The notes under the pieces were generated by a model, which searched no databases, had not been told where the DNA came from, and saw only the letters and a program-made list of their open reading frames with translations. Below, piece by piece: positions 63,100 through 64,000 of a stretch of 64,000 nt of DNA. Origin of the DNA: Patescibacteria group bacterium (GTDB lineage Bacteria > Patescibacteriota > Minisyncoccia > Phycocordibacterales > UBA918); contig JBBTRC010000005.1 in the NCBI GenBank assembly GCA_038065355.1, forward strand, positions 30,530-94,529, written 5' to 3'. The position numbers and the translations under genes were made by a program. Each line of letters starts with the position of its first letter. Within the stretch, counting starts at the first letter, position 1.

Positions 63100-63483
63100 T
63101 TACAAAGGGATTCCTTGCGGCGTTTCGTCGGATTTATAGTCGACATCGGCTGACCACTGAAGAAAGTAGCCGTGCTTATACGCGCCCTTTTTTAGTAGGT
63201 TGGCTTTACGTGCTTCCATAATCTCGTCCTTGGGAATTTCCAGCTGACTGATGAGTGTTTCAAGCACCACCATAAGGTCGCTGTACTCTTCCAGAAAAAC
63301 GTCTTTGGTTCGTGCCATTGAAAGCGACTGGGCCTCTTCGCGGATTTTTTTGAAGAGCTCTTGCTGGAGCTCCTGCACATCGCACACCTTGCGAACCTCA
63401 CAGGCTTCATGTTTCGCTTCTATTTTCGCCGGTACGTTATCCCGGATCAGCTTGTTGTAGTAAACGCGAGTAACTTCAGACAT
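63100..63483 (-). CDS. MazG-like / HisE-like all-alpha nucleotide pyrophosphohydrolase.
   Basis: 127-aa ORF. N-terminal YNKLIRDNVP and metal-binding EEYSDLMVVLETL (EExxD/E pattern). Confidence 0.55.
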   Translation of the reverse strand: MSEVTRVYYNKLIRDNVPAKIEAKHEACEVRKVCDVQELQQELFKKIREEAQSLSMARTKDVFLEEYSDLMVVLETLISQLEIPKDEIMEARKANLLKKGAYKHGYFLQWSADVDYKSDETPQGIPL

Positions 63484-63486
63484 ATC

Positions 63487-64000
63487 TTAGAAACTCACCT
63501 TTACCGGTTCGCGCTCTACGCCGTTTTCTGGCAGTTCGAAAAATTGCGTTGATTTGAAATTGAAAGCGTTGCCAATGAGATTTGATGGGAATGACTGTAG
63601 GGCGATATTGAGGTCACGGACGTTGCCGTTGTAGAAGCGGCGGGCGGCTTGAATTTTATTCTCGGTGTCAGAGAGCTCACGCTGGAGTTCCAAGAAGTTG
63701 GTGTTGGCTTTAAGGTCTGGGTAATTTTCAGCAATCGCCAAAAGACGTCCCAGTGCGCCGGTAAGCGCTGCTTCGGCACCAGCCATGGCCGCCACTTGCT
63801 CCGCCGTCACTTTACCCGCATCAACATGAATTTGTGTGGCTTTGGCACGCGCTTGCGTTACGTTATCAAGCGTCTCGCGCTCATGCGCCGCATACCCTTT
63901 TACCGTCTCAATCAAGTTAGGGATGAGGTCGTAGCGACGCTTCAACTGTACATCGATATCTGCCCAGGCTTCTTTGGCGCGTTGAATGAGTTTGATGAAC
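63487..64000 (-). CDS. lemA: LemA-family protein; N-terminus lies beyond the window end.
   Basis: KRRYDLIPNLIETVKGYAAHE...YPDLKANTNFLELQRELSDTENKIQAARRFYN is the LemA signature. The reading frame stays open through 64000. Confidence 0.75.
   Translation of the reverse strand, partial: FIKLIQRAKEAWADIDVQLKRRYDLIPNLIETVKGYAAHERETLDNVTQARAKATQIHVDAGKVTAEQVAAMAGAEAALTGALGRLLAIAENYPDLKANTNFLELQRELSDTENKIQAARRFYNGNVRDLNIALQSFPSNLIGNAFNFKSTQFFELPENGVEREPVKVSF

Noticed and set aside
1-64000. CRISPR arrays, rRNA genes, transposases, integrases, toxin-antitoxin pairs.
   Set aside because: No short direct-repeat/spacer periodicity, no rRNA-like conserved stretches, and no DDE, tyrosine-recombinase or serine-recombinase motifs were seen in any frame.

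Overview
This 64 kb window is read almost entirely on the minus strand. GC content is about 52-55%, apart from an AT-rich patch at roughly 59.5-61.9 kb. The content is dominated by cell-envelope and secreted proteins.

The centrepiece is a 16.6 kb ORF (14109..30704) encoding a 5531-aa N-terminally anchored surface protein. A fibronectin-III protein lies immediately downstream (12594..14099). A lipoprotein gene and a MacB/FtsX-type ABC exporter follow at 8967..12323. This block is flanked on both sides by paralogous cassettes of surface proteins. Cassette A is at 479..6924 and cassette B at 30818..37636. Each cassette encodes:
- a membrane-anchored cohesin-like scaffoldin-type protein with a cytoplasmic coiled-coil tail;
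- a dockerin-bearing secreted protein (Myxococcus-type Cys-rich repeats in one copy, Gly-rich linkers in both);
- a tail-anchored beta-rich surface protein;
- a separately terminated secreted 385-aa protein.

The right half of the window carries:
- an SOS-mutagenesis pair, UmuC-like Y-family polymerase and UmuD-like S24 peptidase, separated by a plus-strand hypothetical ORF and a GH18-like hydrolase;
- a CAP-domain protein;
- a sortase co-transcribed with a 1.35-kaa CnaB/SpaA-type adhesin that carries a non-LPXTG sorting tail;
- an ECF sigma/anti-sigma pair;
- housekeeping and envelope genes: RsuA-family pseudouridine synthase, M23 peptidase, LRR protein, BipA/TypA, TfoX-N, inorganic pyrophosphatase, a SAM methyltransferase, tRNA-Ser(GGA), HtpX, a MazG-like protein and LemA.

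No CRISPR array, transposase, integrase or rRNA was found. The cohesin-like/dockerin content and the giant ORF suggest a Patescibacteria/CPR-like or other monoderm lineage. That assignment is inference only.

The observations most worth following up are:
1. The duplicated cohesin-dockerin surface cassettes.
2. The domain organisation of the giant protein: three phage tail-collar-like HTHT repeats, three ~770-aa super-repeats, a predicted beta-propeller, and DUF2341 plus LamG-like domains.
3. A C-terminal YWGIxVP...QGxNxF motif shared by two otherwise unrelated surface proteins.
4. A ~53-nt conserved non-coding element with a covarying hairpin, present twice.
5. A duplicated, synonymously diverged gene 3' end next to one copy of that element.
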